From assembly GCA_963764745.1 (NCBI GenBank), contig CAVXTN010000005.1:262361-326360 (forward strand): 64,000 nucleotides of DNA. Reading direction: 5' to 3'. Both the position numbers and the translations under genes were made by a program. The DNA is from Candidatus Aminicenantes bacterium (lineage in GTDB: Bacteria > Acidobacteriota > Aminicenantia > UBA2199). Within the stretch, counting starts at the first letter, position 1; each line of letters begins with the position of its first letter. Below the pieces are notes generated by a model. It saw only the letters and a program-made list of their open reading frames with translations. It did not search any database and was not told the DNA's origin. Positions 1-8,473 of this stretch are shown here, piece after piece.

Positions 1-719
1 TAGCAGGGGGTCGACGAAGACCCGCCGGCGACATACACATCGCTCCCGGCAACGCAGATCCCGTTCGTGTATATGCCGGATGCCAGGTCAACGCGCTCCC
101 CATTCTTCCAGTAACAGGCGACCTGGCCAAGCGAATCATTCGCGGTATAGCCGCAGACGTACACATCCTGCCCGGAAAGGTAAATGGCCCTGGCCTCTGC
201 ATTGCCGTTGGCGCTGATCCCGCTCAGAACGGTCTGGATCCCATTTTTCCAGAAGCAGGCAACCGAGAATTCCCCGCCGGATCCGCCAAGAAATTCTCCG
301 GCGAAGTATACGTCTTTCCCCGAAACGGCGAAGGAGCTCACCGACCACCCCAAGCCCGTTGCGGAAGAAACATGGGGGAGCACCCCATTCTTCCAATAGC
401 AGAGAACAGAAAGGGCTTCCCAGATCGTTCCGCCGATATACAGGTCGCCATCCGCGACCGCTACGCCCACAGTCCTCCCGTAACCGCCGTTTTCCTCGAC
501 CAGGGCGATCCGCTCCCCATTCTTCCAAAAGCAGGGAGCGGAAAGCTGGCGACCGTTCGTGAATCCGGCGACATAAACACCCGGTCCCGGCTTGGCAACA
601 GGTTCGGGTTCGGGTTCAGGCTCCGGATTGTCAAGGGTCGTTTGACATCCATATGAAACAACAAGGATGCATAATACAAACAGCAGAATGACCGATCGCC
701 GGTTTCTTGGCTTCATCAT
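1..719 (-). CDS. Lipoprotein with repeated C[FY]WKNG beta-propeller-like repeats (N-terminus complete, C-terminus runs off window edge)
   Basis: Absent from the ORF track because it has no stop inside the window. Reverse strand from ATG at 719: MMKPRNRRSVILLFVLCILVVSYGC (signal peptide plus lipobox Cys), a PEPEPEPEP linker, then repeats of about 45 aa. The repeats contain GVYVAG/GDLYIGG/KDVYFAG/QDVYVCG/SDVYVAG and APCFWKNG/VLCYWKNG/VACFWKNG/VACYWKNG. The frame is open down to base 1. Confidence 0.6.
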   Translation of the reverse strand, partial: MMKPRNRRSVILLFVLCILVVSYGCQTTLDNPEPEPEPEPVAKPGPGVYVAGFTNGRQLSAPCFWKNGERIALVEENGGYGRTVGVAVADGDLYIGGTIWEALSVLCYWKNGVLPHVSSATGLGWSVSSFAVSGKDVYFAGEFLGGSGGEFSVACFWKNGIQTVLSGISANGNAEARAIYLSGQDVYVCGYTANDSLGQVACYWKNGERVDLASGIYTNGICVAGSDVYVAGGSSSTPC

Positions 720-778
720 TTCCCTCCTTCCAATGGACTGGACAATTCCGCCCTTACATTGACCCAAAATATGATCGG

Positions 779-3700
779 TTATTGAAAATATTTTACTCCT
801 GACGCAAACAGCTTCTGGTCCATGTTGCCGGGGATGTTCTGCAGCACGTGCGGGCTGAAGCGGTCGCTGTGGGCCATCTTGCCCAGGATGCGGCCGTCGG
901 GGCTGGAGACGGCCTCGATGGCCAGCATGGAGCCGTTGGGGTTGAAGAAGGAGTCGGCGGCCGGCCGGCCCTCGAAGTCGACGTACTGCGTGGCGACCTG
1001 GCCAAGGGAAAAAAGCAATTCGATGGTCGCCGCCGGCGCCACGAAGCGCCCCTCGCCGTGGGCCACGGGGATGGTGTGGATGTCGCCGGCCTTGCACATA
1101 TTGAACCAGGGCGAAAGGGTCGAGACCACCTTGGTGTTGATGGGCCGCGACACCAGGCGGCCGATGAGGTTGAAGGTCAGGGTCGGCGAGTCGGCGGTGA
1201 GGTCGCGGATCTCGCCGTGGGGCAGCAGCCCCAGCTTGAGCAGGGCCTGGAAACCGTTGCAGATGCCCAGGATCAGGCCGTCTTTCTTATAGATCATCTC
1301 GTGCACCGCGTCGCGCAGGCGGGGATGGCGGAAGACGGCGGCGATGAATTTCCCCGAGCCGTCTGGCTCGTCGCCGGCGCTGAAGCCGCCGGGGATCACC
1401 ATGATCTGCGAGCGCCGGATACTTTTCTCCAGCTCGGCGGTCGAGGCCTCGATGGCGGCGGCGCTGAGGTTGCGGAAAACGAAGGTCTCGGGCTTGCCGC
1501 CGGCGCCGGCGAAGGCGCGGACCATGTCGTACTCGTTGTTGGTGCCGGGGAAGGTCGTGACCAATACCCGCGGTCGGGCCACGGACGGGCGCACGCGCCG
1601 CGGCGCCCGCTCCCGCGCCAGGGGCCGCTCGTAGCCGGGGTCGGGCGCGAGCGGTCCTTTTTCCACCCGGGTGGGGAAAATATTTTCCAGGGGCTTCTCC
1701 CACTGCTCCTGCAGGGAAACAAGGTCGAGCTCCACGCCGTTCACCCGGATCAGCGGCTCGGGCAGCGTTTTTCCCAACACACGGTACGCGAGTCCCTGGA
1801 ACAGGGTCGCCACGTCTTCTCCGGCCGGCACTTCCAGGACCAGCGAGCCCATGGCCGGGGCGAAAAGTTCACCGGCAGCCATGGTCTCGGCGAAAGCCAG
1901 GCCCAGCCGGTTGCCGAAACCCATTTTGCTGACCGCTTCGGCCAGGCCGCCCAGGTGCAGTGAGCTGGAGGCCAGGATCTTTTTTTTGCGGACCAGGTCG
2001 TGCACGCGGGCGTAATTTTTTTTCAACGCCGCAAAATCGGGCATTTCTTCCCGGTCGCGGGGCAGGGGCAGCAGCACGACCCAACTGCCGGCTTTCTTGA
2101 ATTCCGGCGACACCACTCGCCGCACGTCCACGGTCGTGACGGCGAAGGCGACCAGGGTCGGCGGCACGTCCAGGTCCTTGAACGTGCCGGACATGCTGTC
2201 CTTGCCGCCGATGGCGGGTATGGCCAATTCCTGTTGGGCGGTGAAGGCGCCCAGCAGGGCGGCAAAGGGCAGGCCCCAGCGCCGCGGGTCGCGGCCGGGC
2301 TTGGGGAAATACTCCTGCAGGCTCAGGCGGATGCGGCTGGAATCGCCGCCGCAGGCCGCCACCCGGGCCACGGCCTCGATGACCGCGTACAGGCCGCCGT
2401 GAAAAGGGCTCCAGCTGGACAAGGCGGGCTGGAAGCCGAAGCCCATGACCGTGCCGCTGCGGGTCTCGCCGCACGCCAGGGGGATCTTGGCCGCCATGAC
2501 CTCGGCCGGCGTGGCCTGGTACTTGCCGCCGAAGGGGGAAAGGACCGTGGCCGCGCCGATGGAGCTGTCGAAGCGTTCGGCCAGCCCCTTCTGCGAGCAG
2601 ACGTTCAGGTCGGACAGCACGGCCGCCCAGGCCGCCCGCAGGTCGGGGAGTTTTCTGCCCGCGGGCAGGGCGTTGAAGAAATCGCCGTCCGCGGCCGGGC
2701 AGGCGACCTCGACCGCCGCCTGGCGCCCGGCGCCGTGGCTGTCCAGGAAATCCCGGTCCAGGTCCACGATGGCGCGGCCGCGCCAGTTCAGGCGCAGCCG
2801 CGCTCGGGCGCTGACCCGGGCGATCACGGTGGCTTCCAGGTTCTCGGCCGCGGCCAGGGCCTGGAAGCGCCGCGCCTGCCCGGCCGCCACCACCACGGCC
2901 ATGCGCTCCTGCGATTCGGCCAGGGCGAGCTCCGTGCCGTCCAGCCCGTCGTATTTCTTGGGCACCCGGTCCAGGTCGATCTCGAGGCCCGGCGCCAGCT
3001 CCCCGACCGCCACGGCCACGCCGCCGGCGCCGAAATCGTTGCAGCGCTTGATCATGCGCCCGACGCGCGGATCGCGGAAAAGCCGCTGCAGCATCCTTTC
3101 GGTGGGGGGATTGCCTTTCTGCACCTCGGCCCCGCAGGCCAGCAGGGAGGATTCGCCGTGGGCCTTGGAGGAGCCGGTGGCGCCGCCGATGCCGTCGCGC
3201 CCGGTGCGGCCGCCCACCAGCAGCACCACGTCGCCGGGCTTGGGCTCCCGGCGCCTGACGTTTTTCGCGGGCACGGCGGCGATCACGGCCCCGATCTCCA
3301 GGCGCTTGGCCACGTAGCCGGGGTGGTAGACCTCGCTCACCTGGCCGGTGGCCAGCCCGACCTGGTTGCCGTAGGAGCTGAAACCCTGGGCCGCCTCGGT
3401 GGTGATCTTGCGCTGGGGAAGCTTCCCCGGCAGGGTGGAGGCCACGGCCTGGCGGGGATCGCCGCTGCCGGTCACGCGCATGGCCTGGTAGACGTAGGCC
3501 CGCCCGGAAAGAGGGTCGCGGATGGCGCCGCCCAGGCAGGTGGCCGCGCCGCCAAAGGGCTCGATCTCGGTGGGATGGTTGTGCGTCTCGTTCTTGAACA
3601 TGACCAGCCACTCTTCGTTCTTGCCGTCGACATCGACGGCGGCCGCCACGCTGCAGGCGTTGATCTCCGCGGAGAATTCCACGTCGCCGAGGCGCCCCTG

Positions 3701-4567
3701 CTCGCGCATTTCCCTCATGGCCAGCAGGGCCAGGTCCATGAGGCACACGTCCCTGCCGCGCGCGGCCGCCACGCGTTCCCGGGTCTCCAGGTAGCGCCGG
3801 TACGCGCGGCGCGCGGGCTCGTTCCACAAGCCGTCGGCGATATCCACCCGGGTAATGGCCGTCAGGAACGTGGTATGCCGGCAATGGTCGGACCAGTAGG
3901 TGTCGAGCAGGCGGATCTCGGTCAGGGTCGGGTCGCGCCGCTCGCGCTCGCGGAAATAGAGCCGGCAGTGGCGCAGGTCGTCCGCGTCCATGGCCAGGCC
4001 GAGTTCGCCGCCCAGGCGCTGCAATTCCGCTTCGGCGCCGGCGCTGAATCCTTTCAGCACCGGGATCGCGGCCGGCCGCAGCGCCGGCAACGACAACGTG
4101 CGCGGCTTGGCCATGGCGGCTTCGCGCGAATCGACCGGGTTGATGCAATAGCGCTTGATCCTTTCCAGGTCGCCGGGGGCCAGCCTGCCCGCCAGCACCA
4201 GGACCCTGGCCGTGGCCACCTGCGGCCGGCTGCCCGGCGTGAGCAGCTGCAGGCACTGGACCGTTGAATCGGCCCGCTGGTCATACTGGCCGGGCAGGTA
4301 CTCGATGGCGAACGCCGTTTCCCCGTCGTTCAAGGGAAAGCTTTCGTCATGGATCCTGTCGACCGGCGGTTCGGAAAATATGGCATGCCGCGCCCGCGTC
4401 ATTTCCCGGCCGCGGATGCCGGCCACGTCGTAGCGGTGAAGCAGGCGCAGCCCGGTCAGGCCCCGGACGGCCAGATTTTCCCGGAGATCCTGCAGCAAGG
4501 CCCGGGCCTCGATGTCGCAGCCCGGTTTTTTTTCCACGAAAACCCTTTGGATCTTCGCCATGCTCAA
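779..4567 (-). CDS. purL: Phosphoribosylformylglycinamidine (FGAM) synthase, single-chain large form
   Basis: Intact 1262-aa ORF. It carries the PurL-type core motif NETHNHPTEIEPFGGAATCLGGAIRDP and a C-terminal glutamine amidotransferase domain (GICNGFQALLKLGLLP ... HGEGRF). The long opposite-strand ORFs are Arg/Pro/Gly-rich shadows. Confidence 0.95.
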   Translation of the reverse strand: MSMAKIQRVFVEKKPGCDIEARALLQDLRENLAVRGLTGLRLLHRYDVAGIRGREMTRARHAIFSEPPVDRIHDESFPLNDGETAFAIEYLPGQYDQRADSTVQCLQLLTPGSRPQVATARVLVLAGRLAPGDLERIKRYCINPVDSREAAMAKPRTLSLPALRPAAIPVLKGFSAGAEAELQRLGGELGLAMDADDLRHCRLYFRERERRDPTLTEIRLLDTYWSDHCRHTTFLTAITRVDIADGLWNEPARRAYRRYLETRERVAAARGRDVCLMDLALLAMREMREQGRLGDVEFSAEINACSVAAAVDVDGKNEEWLVMFKNETHNHPTEIEPFGGAATCLGGAIRDPLSGRAYVYQAMRVTGSGDPRQAVASTLPGKLPQRKITTEAAQGFSSYGNQVGLATGQVSEVYHPGYVAKRLEIGAVIAAVPAKNVRRREPKPGDVVLLVGGRTGRDGIGGATGSSKAHGESSLLACGAEVQKGNPPTERMLQRLFRDPRVGRMIKRCNDFGAGGVAVAVGELAPGLEIDLDRVPKKYDGLDGTELALAESQERMAVVVAAGQARRFQALAAAENLEATVIARVSARARLRLNWRGRAIVDLDRDFLDSHGAGRQAAVEVACPAADGDFFNALPAGRKLPDLRAAWAAVLSDLNVCSQKGLAERFDSSIGAATVLSPFGGKYQATPAEVMAAKIPLACGETRSGTVMGFGFQPALSSWSPFHGGLYAVIEAVARVAACGGDSSRIRLSLQEYFPKPGRDPRRWGLPFAALLGAFTAQQELAIPAIGGKDSMSGTFKDLDVPPTLVAFAVTTVDVRRVVSPEFKKAGSWVVLLPLPRDREEMPDFAALKKNYARVHDLVRKKKILASSSLHLGGLAEAVSKMGFGNRLGLAFAETMAAGELFAPAMGSLVLEVPAGEDVATLFQGLAYRVLGKTLPEPLIRVNGVELDLVSLQEQWEKPLENIFPTRVEKGPLAPDPGYERPLARERAPRRVRPSVARPRVLVTTFPGTNNEYDMVRAFAGAGGKPETFVFRNLSAAAIEASTAELEKSIRRSQIMVIPGGFSAGDEPDGSGKFIAAVFRHPRLRDAVHEMIYKKDGLILGICNGFQALLKLGLLPHGEIRDLTADSPTLTFNLIGRLVSRPINTKVVSTLSPWFNMCKAGDIHTIPVAHGEGRFVAPAATIELLFSLGQVATQYVDFEGRPAADSFFNPNGSMLAIEAVSSPDGRILGKMAHSDRFSPHVLQNIPGNMDQKLFASGVKYFQ

Positions 4568-5424
4568 GCGCCGCTCCCCTTTTCCATGTCAGCCAACAGG
4601 GCGGCCAGCGCCTTGCCCCAGTCGCAGCCGCGGGCCAAGCCCTGCAGGGCCACGATGTCGGGCCGCAGCTGCGGAAAAAAATCGGGGAAGCGCTTCACAT
4701 ATTCGTGCAGGGCGGCGATCAGAATCGCCAGCCTGGCGCCGCCGACCTTGCTCGCGGCACCCCGCACCAGCAGGCGGCTGTGCTCGCGGAAATACTCGGC
4801 CACGAAGAAGAGCACCCCCTCGTTGCCCCGGAAGCAAAGGATCTCGAACGACCCCTCGGCCACCAGCTGGTCGCCGTGCTGCAGGTAGGAGATGAAGCTC
4901 TTGGCGTCGACGGGGTTGAGTATCTTTTTGTAGATCTTGAGCGTGATCTCGAACATTTCGCGGTTGCGGCTGCCGTGCAGGAAGCGGGGCAGCATGGCCA
5001 GGAGCGGGTTTTCGTTCTTGATGCGGCTGATGGACCGGGCGATGGCTTCCTGCAGCTGCGGGTTGCCGATCTTTTCCAGGGCCGAGATCAGGATGTCCAG
5101 GGCGCGGCGGTCGTTGTACTTGGAAATGCTGACGATGGCCTCTTCGCGCAGCAGGTTGTCCTCGCCCATGTCGATCACTTTCTGCAGCGGCAACAGGAAA
5201 GCCGGGCTGAGGATGTAGCCCGCCATGCGCACCAGGTTCAGCCGGGTGGGAATGCCGATGTAGGTGCCGGTAATGTAATGGGCGATGGCGTTTTCGGTGT
5301 CCCGTCCCCCCCTTTTCACCAGTTCTTCCAGGCGCAGGCGGAACTCCATGTCGCCGTAGTCGGCGGCTCGCCTGACCAGGTCATCGATCTGGCCCAGGTA
5401 GGAATCGATCGTCGCCAGCGCCAT
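4564..5424 (-). CDS. Hypothetical alpha-helical (HEAT-like repeat) protein
   Basis: The ORF 4564..5526 is trimmed to the ATG giving MALATIDSYLGQ, 8 nt after the purB stop. Its stop overlaps the purL start by 4 nt, consistent with operon coupling. The helical repeat pattern (ALDILISALEKIGNPQLQEAIARSISRI) is HEAT-like. Function is unknown. Confidence 0.6.
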   Translation of the reverse strand: MALATIDSYLGQIDDLVRRAADYGDMEFRLRLEELVKRGGRDTENAIAHYITGTYIGIPTRLNLVRMAGYILSPAFLLPLQKVIDMGEDNLLREEAIVSISKYNDRRALDILISALEKIGNPQLQEAIARSISRIKNENPLLAMLPRFLHGSRNREMFEITLKIYKKILNPVDAKSFISYLQHGDQLVAEGSFEILCFRGNEGVLFFVAEYFREHSRLLVRGAASKVGGARLAILIAALHEYVKRFPDFFPQLRPDIVALQGLARGCDWGKALAALLADMEKGSGA

Positions 5425-5432
5425 GGCCGGCC

Positions 5433-6731
5433 TTATTCTTCCCCGGCGAAGCGCGCGAATATGCCCGCCGTCCCGGACAGCAGCTCTTGCAGCGAAAAGA
5501 CCCCGGCCAGTTCCGCCGGCGAACAAACGGCGCCGATGGCGGGATCGGCCATGACCAGTTCGCGGAAACTGCGTTTTTCCCGCCAGGATTTCAGGGCCTG
5601 CTCCTGGACCAGCTCGTACGCCTGCTGGCGGGCCATGCCCTTGTCGACCAGCAGGGTCAGCACCTTCTGCGAAAAATAGACCTCATGGGTCAGGTCCAGG
5701 TTGCGCCGGATATTGTCCGGATACACGGCCAGGTTCTTCAGGATATCGATCATGTCGTCGAGCATGAACACGGCCAGGTGAAAGGAATCGGGGAAGATGA
5801 TCCTTTCGGCCGAGGAGTGGGAAATATCGCGCTCATGCCAGAGGATGTTGTTTTCCATGGCCACGGCCGCGTGGCCGCGCAGGACCCGGGCCAGGCCGGA
5901 GATGCGCTCGCAGCGCACGGGATTGCGCTTGTGCGGCATGGAAGAGGACCCTTTCTGGCCGCGGCTGAAAGGCTCCTCGACCTCGAGCACCTCGGTCTTC
6001 TGCAGGTGGCGGATCTCCACGGCGATCTTTTCCAGGCCGGTCCCGGCCAGGGCCAGCGCCCAGATCACTTCGGCGTGGCGGTCGCGCTGGATGATCTGCG
6101 AGGAGACCCGGCAGGCCTTCAGCCCCAGCTTGCGCAGGGCGCTTTCCTCGCCGCTGGCCGGGAAATGGATATAGGTCCCCACCGAACCGGAAATTTTCCC
6201 CACCGCCGTGGTCTCCTTGGCCCGCAGCAGGCGCTGGCGGTTGCGTTCCATCTCCTCGTACCAGATCAGGAACTTGCAGCCGAAAGCGATGGGCTCGGCG
6301 TGGATGCCGTGGGTGCGGCCGATGGCCGGCAGGTCCTTGTAGGCGAACGCCTTTTCCAGGAGGACCTTTTTCAGCTCCGCGGTCCTGGCCAGGACCACGG
6401 CCAGCGATTCCTGGATGAGCAGCGAGAGGGCCGTGTCCACCACGTCATAGGAAGTGATGCCCTTGTGCACGTAGGCCGAATCCCGGCCGATGGCTTCTTC
6501 CAGTGAGGTCAGGAAGGCGATGACGTCGTGCTTGACCCTTTTTTCGATTGTGCGGATGCGCGCCGGGTCGACCGCCGCGTTTTCCCTGATGTTTTTCAGG
6601 CTGGCCGCCGGCACTTCGCCCATTTCCGCCCAGGTCTCGGTAATGGCCAGTTCCACGTCCAGCCATTTGCGGTACTTGTTCTTTTCGCTCCAGATGCGGG
6701 CGATCTCAGCAGCTTCGTACCTGTCTATCAC
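5433..6731 (-). CDS. purB: Adenylosuccinate lyase
   Basis: Intact 432-aa ORF. The N-terminus MIDRYEAAEIARIWSEKNKYRKWLDVELA and the fumarate-lyase signature region GSSSMPHKRNP are typical of PurB. Confidence 0.95.
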   Translation of the reverse strand: MIDRYEAAEIARIWSEKNKYRKWLDVELAITETWAEMGEVPAASLKNIRENAAVDPARIRTIEKRVKHDVIAFLTSLEEAIGRDSAYVHKGITSYDVVDTALSLLIQESLAVVLARTAELKKVLLEKAFAYKDLPAIGRTHGIHAEPIAFGCKFLIWYEEMERNRQRLLRAKETTAVGKISGSVGTYIHFPASGEESALRKLGLKACRVSSQIIQRDRHAEVIWALALAGTGLEKIAVEIRHLQKTEVLEVEEPFSRGQKGSSSMPHKRNPVRCERISGLARVLRGHAAVAMENNILWHERDISHSSAERIIFPDSFHLAVFMLDDMIDILKNLAVYPDNIRRNLDLTHEVYFSQKVLTLLVDKGMARQQAYELVQEQALKSWREKRSFRELVMADPAIGAVCSPAELAGVFSLQELLSGTAGIFARFAGEE

Positions 6732-6808
6732 GTGCGTCTCCTCGATTTTCGATTATAACAATATTCCCGGCGCTTGTACACCCGGGCCGCCGTCCCCCGG
6801 CGCTCCCG

Positions 6809-8392
6809 TCAATGCACTTCAGCCTGCAGGATATCCATGGCGGTCTTGCCGGTCAGCAGGTCATGGACCTCGACCAGGAACATGTACCGGCCGGCCTTGA
6901 GGAACGGAAAATCCACCGTCAGGTCCACCCGGGATTCGCGCGCGGAGAAGGAGCGCCCCTGGTCGTACAGCGGGCGGTTTTGCTCGTCGCGGATGCGGAT
7001 GGCCACGCGCAGGCTGCCGGCGCGCTCCTTGCCGCTGGCGGCGATCTTGAAATTGGCGATCTTCAGGGTCAGCTTGCGCCCCGCGAACGCCATGCCGTCC
7101 AGGTCCACCTGCGGGTCCTGCTCGCGCTTCCTTTTCAGATACGCGCCGATGTAGTCGGCGCGGATATTGTCGTCATAGAACAATTTGCAGTCGGGATGGC
7201 CGGGCAGCTCGATCCTGACCTTTCCCCTGAGCTCCGGAGCGGAGGGCTCGTAGGTCAGCACGTAGTAGACATCCTCTTTTTCCTCGACCGCGTGCAGGGC
7301 GGAACCGATGTCTCCGGAAAAGATCACCTGGCCGCCGGAGCGCCGGGTGATCTCGCGCAGCGAATTCTCGATGTCGCTGGCCACCTGCTTGTAGGCCAGG
7401 TCCTCTGACAGGACTTCGCGGCGCACGCCCATGATGAAGCAATGGTAGGTCGTGTCGACCTTGACCAGCATCTTGCTGATCTCCTCGACCGGGAAGCTGT
7501 CGGCGGCGTTGAGCTCGCGGTCGATGCGCTCGAGCAACTGCTCGATGAGGCGCGCGTGCACGGCATCCTCGCTGCGCGCCACCTGCAGGTCGCTGATCAG
7601 CTGCACGATCTGCTGGTGGATCTGGCCGCTGAGCTTCATGTTGGGGAACATTTCGATCTGGTAAAAGCTGAGCACCCATTTCTCTTCGCGGACGGTCTCC
7701 AGGTGGCGGGCGAAATTGTAAAACTTGTCCAGGTCGGGGACCAGGTACTTGGCCTTGAATTCATCCCACGTGCGCAGGTAGCCTTCCAGAAAATCGATGA
7801 TGCGCGGGGCATAGAAATTGCTGTCCCTTTCCAGCAGCATGCGCAGCCGGGTCTGGTCCAGGTCCTTCTGCACGGTCAGAAAAAATTGTTCCAGCTTTTG
7901 CCGCGATTTGTTCGCTTCCTCCCGCAGGAGCTGGTCCAGGATCTCGCGGCGCTTGACCTGCCAGATATCCCGGTTGAGCAGCATGGTGCGGTCGTTGACC
8001 AGGACCAGCAGCTTGTCGTTCTCCCCCAGCAGGTGATCGAAGATATAGCGCACGCCCTTTTCCAGCTGCTCGCTGTAGTCGAAGACGCGGAAGACCAGCA
8101 CAAAATAGCGGGGCGGCAGCAGCGGGCCGCCGGCCTGCATGGAGACGCTGCGCACGTTCATTTTTTTTTTGCGCACATAGAAGCCATTGATGGTCTGCGC
8201 CGCCTTGCCCTCGCTCAGGCGGAAATCCTCCCTGGCCAGGTCGCTGACCGGCTGGCCGGCGCGAAAAACCCGCACCGGCACCTCGACGTTGACCACCTCG
8301 ACTTTTTCCTTCAGCACGTCCTGGGATTCAGCCGCAGGCAGGAAAGCGCAAAGCAAAATAAAAGCCAGGGCCGGGAAAGAAATTTTTTTCAT
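6809..8392 (-). CDS. Secreted VWFA-related domain protein (Acidobacteria-type)
   Basis: Intact 527-aa ORF with signal peptide MKKISFPALAFILLCAFLPAAES. The N-terminal segment VEVVNVEVPVRVFRAGQPVSDLAREDFRLSEGKAAQTI resembles the VWFA-related acidobacterial domain family. The family call is tentative. Confidence 0.7.
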   Translation of the reverse strand: MKKISFPALAFILLCAFLPAAESQDVLKEKVEVVNVEVPVRVFRAGQPVSDLAREDFRLSEGKAAQTINGFYVRKKKMNVRSVSMQAGGPLLPPRYFVLVFRVFDYSEQLEKGVRYIFDHLLGENDKLLVLVNDRTMLLNRDIWQVKRREILDQLLREEANKSRQKLEQFFLTVQKDLDQTRLRMLLERDSNFYAPRIIDFLEGYLRTWDEFKAKYLVPDLDKFYNFARHLETVREEKWVLSFYQIEMFPNMKLSGQIHQQIVQLISDLQVARSEDAVHARLIEQLLERIDRELNAADSFPVEEISKMLVKVDTTYHCFIMGVRREVLSEDLAYKQVASDIENSLREITRRSGGQVIFSGDIGSALHAVEEKEDVYYVLTYEPSAPELRGKVRIELPGHPDCKLFYDDNIRADYIGAYLKRKREQDPQVDLDGMAFAGRKLTLKIANFKIAASGKERAGSLRVAIRIRDEQNRPLYDQGRSFSARESRVDLTVDFPFLKAGRYMFLVEVHDLLTGKTAMDILQAEVH

Positions 8393-8473
8393 TGCGCTAT
8401 TTTAACACAAGCCGCATTTTTTTTGCCAATCGCTTATAATAAGCCGGATCGCACGTCCGCTGGCAGGTGCTTC

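Noticed and set aside
1869-4267. 795-aa and 755-aa ORFs overlapping purL on both strands
   Set aside because: Their extreme Arg/Pro/Gly/Ala composition is typical of off-frame and antisense shadow ORFs in high-GC DNA. purL explains the region with strong homology.
7442-8473. The N-terminal 344 aa of the 1171-aa ORF 7442..10957
   Set aside because: This part is antisense to the well-supported VWFA-related gene and has a low-complexity shadow composition. The real protein starts with a signal peptide at the in-frame ATG 8474.
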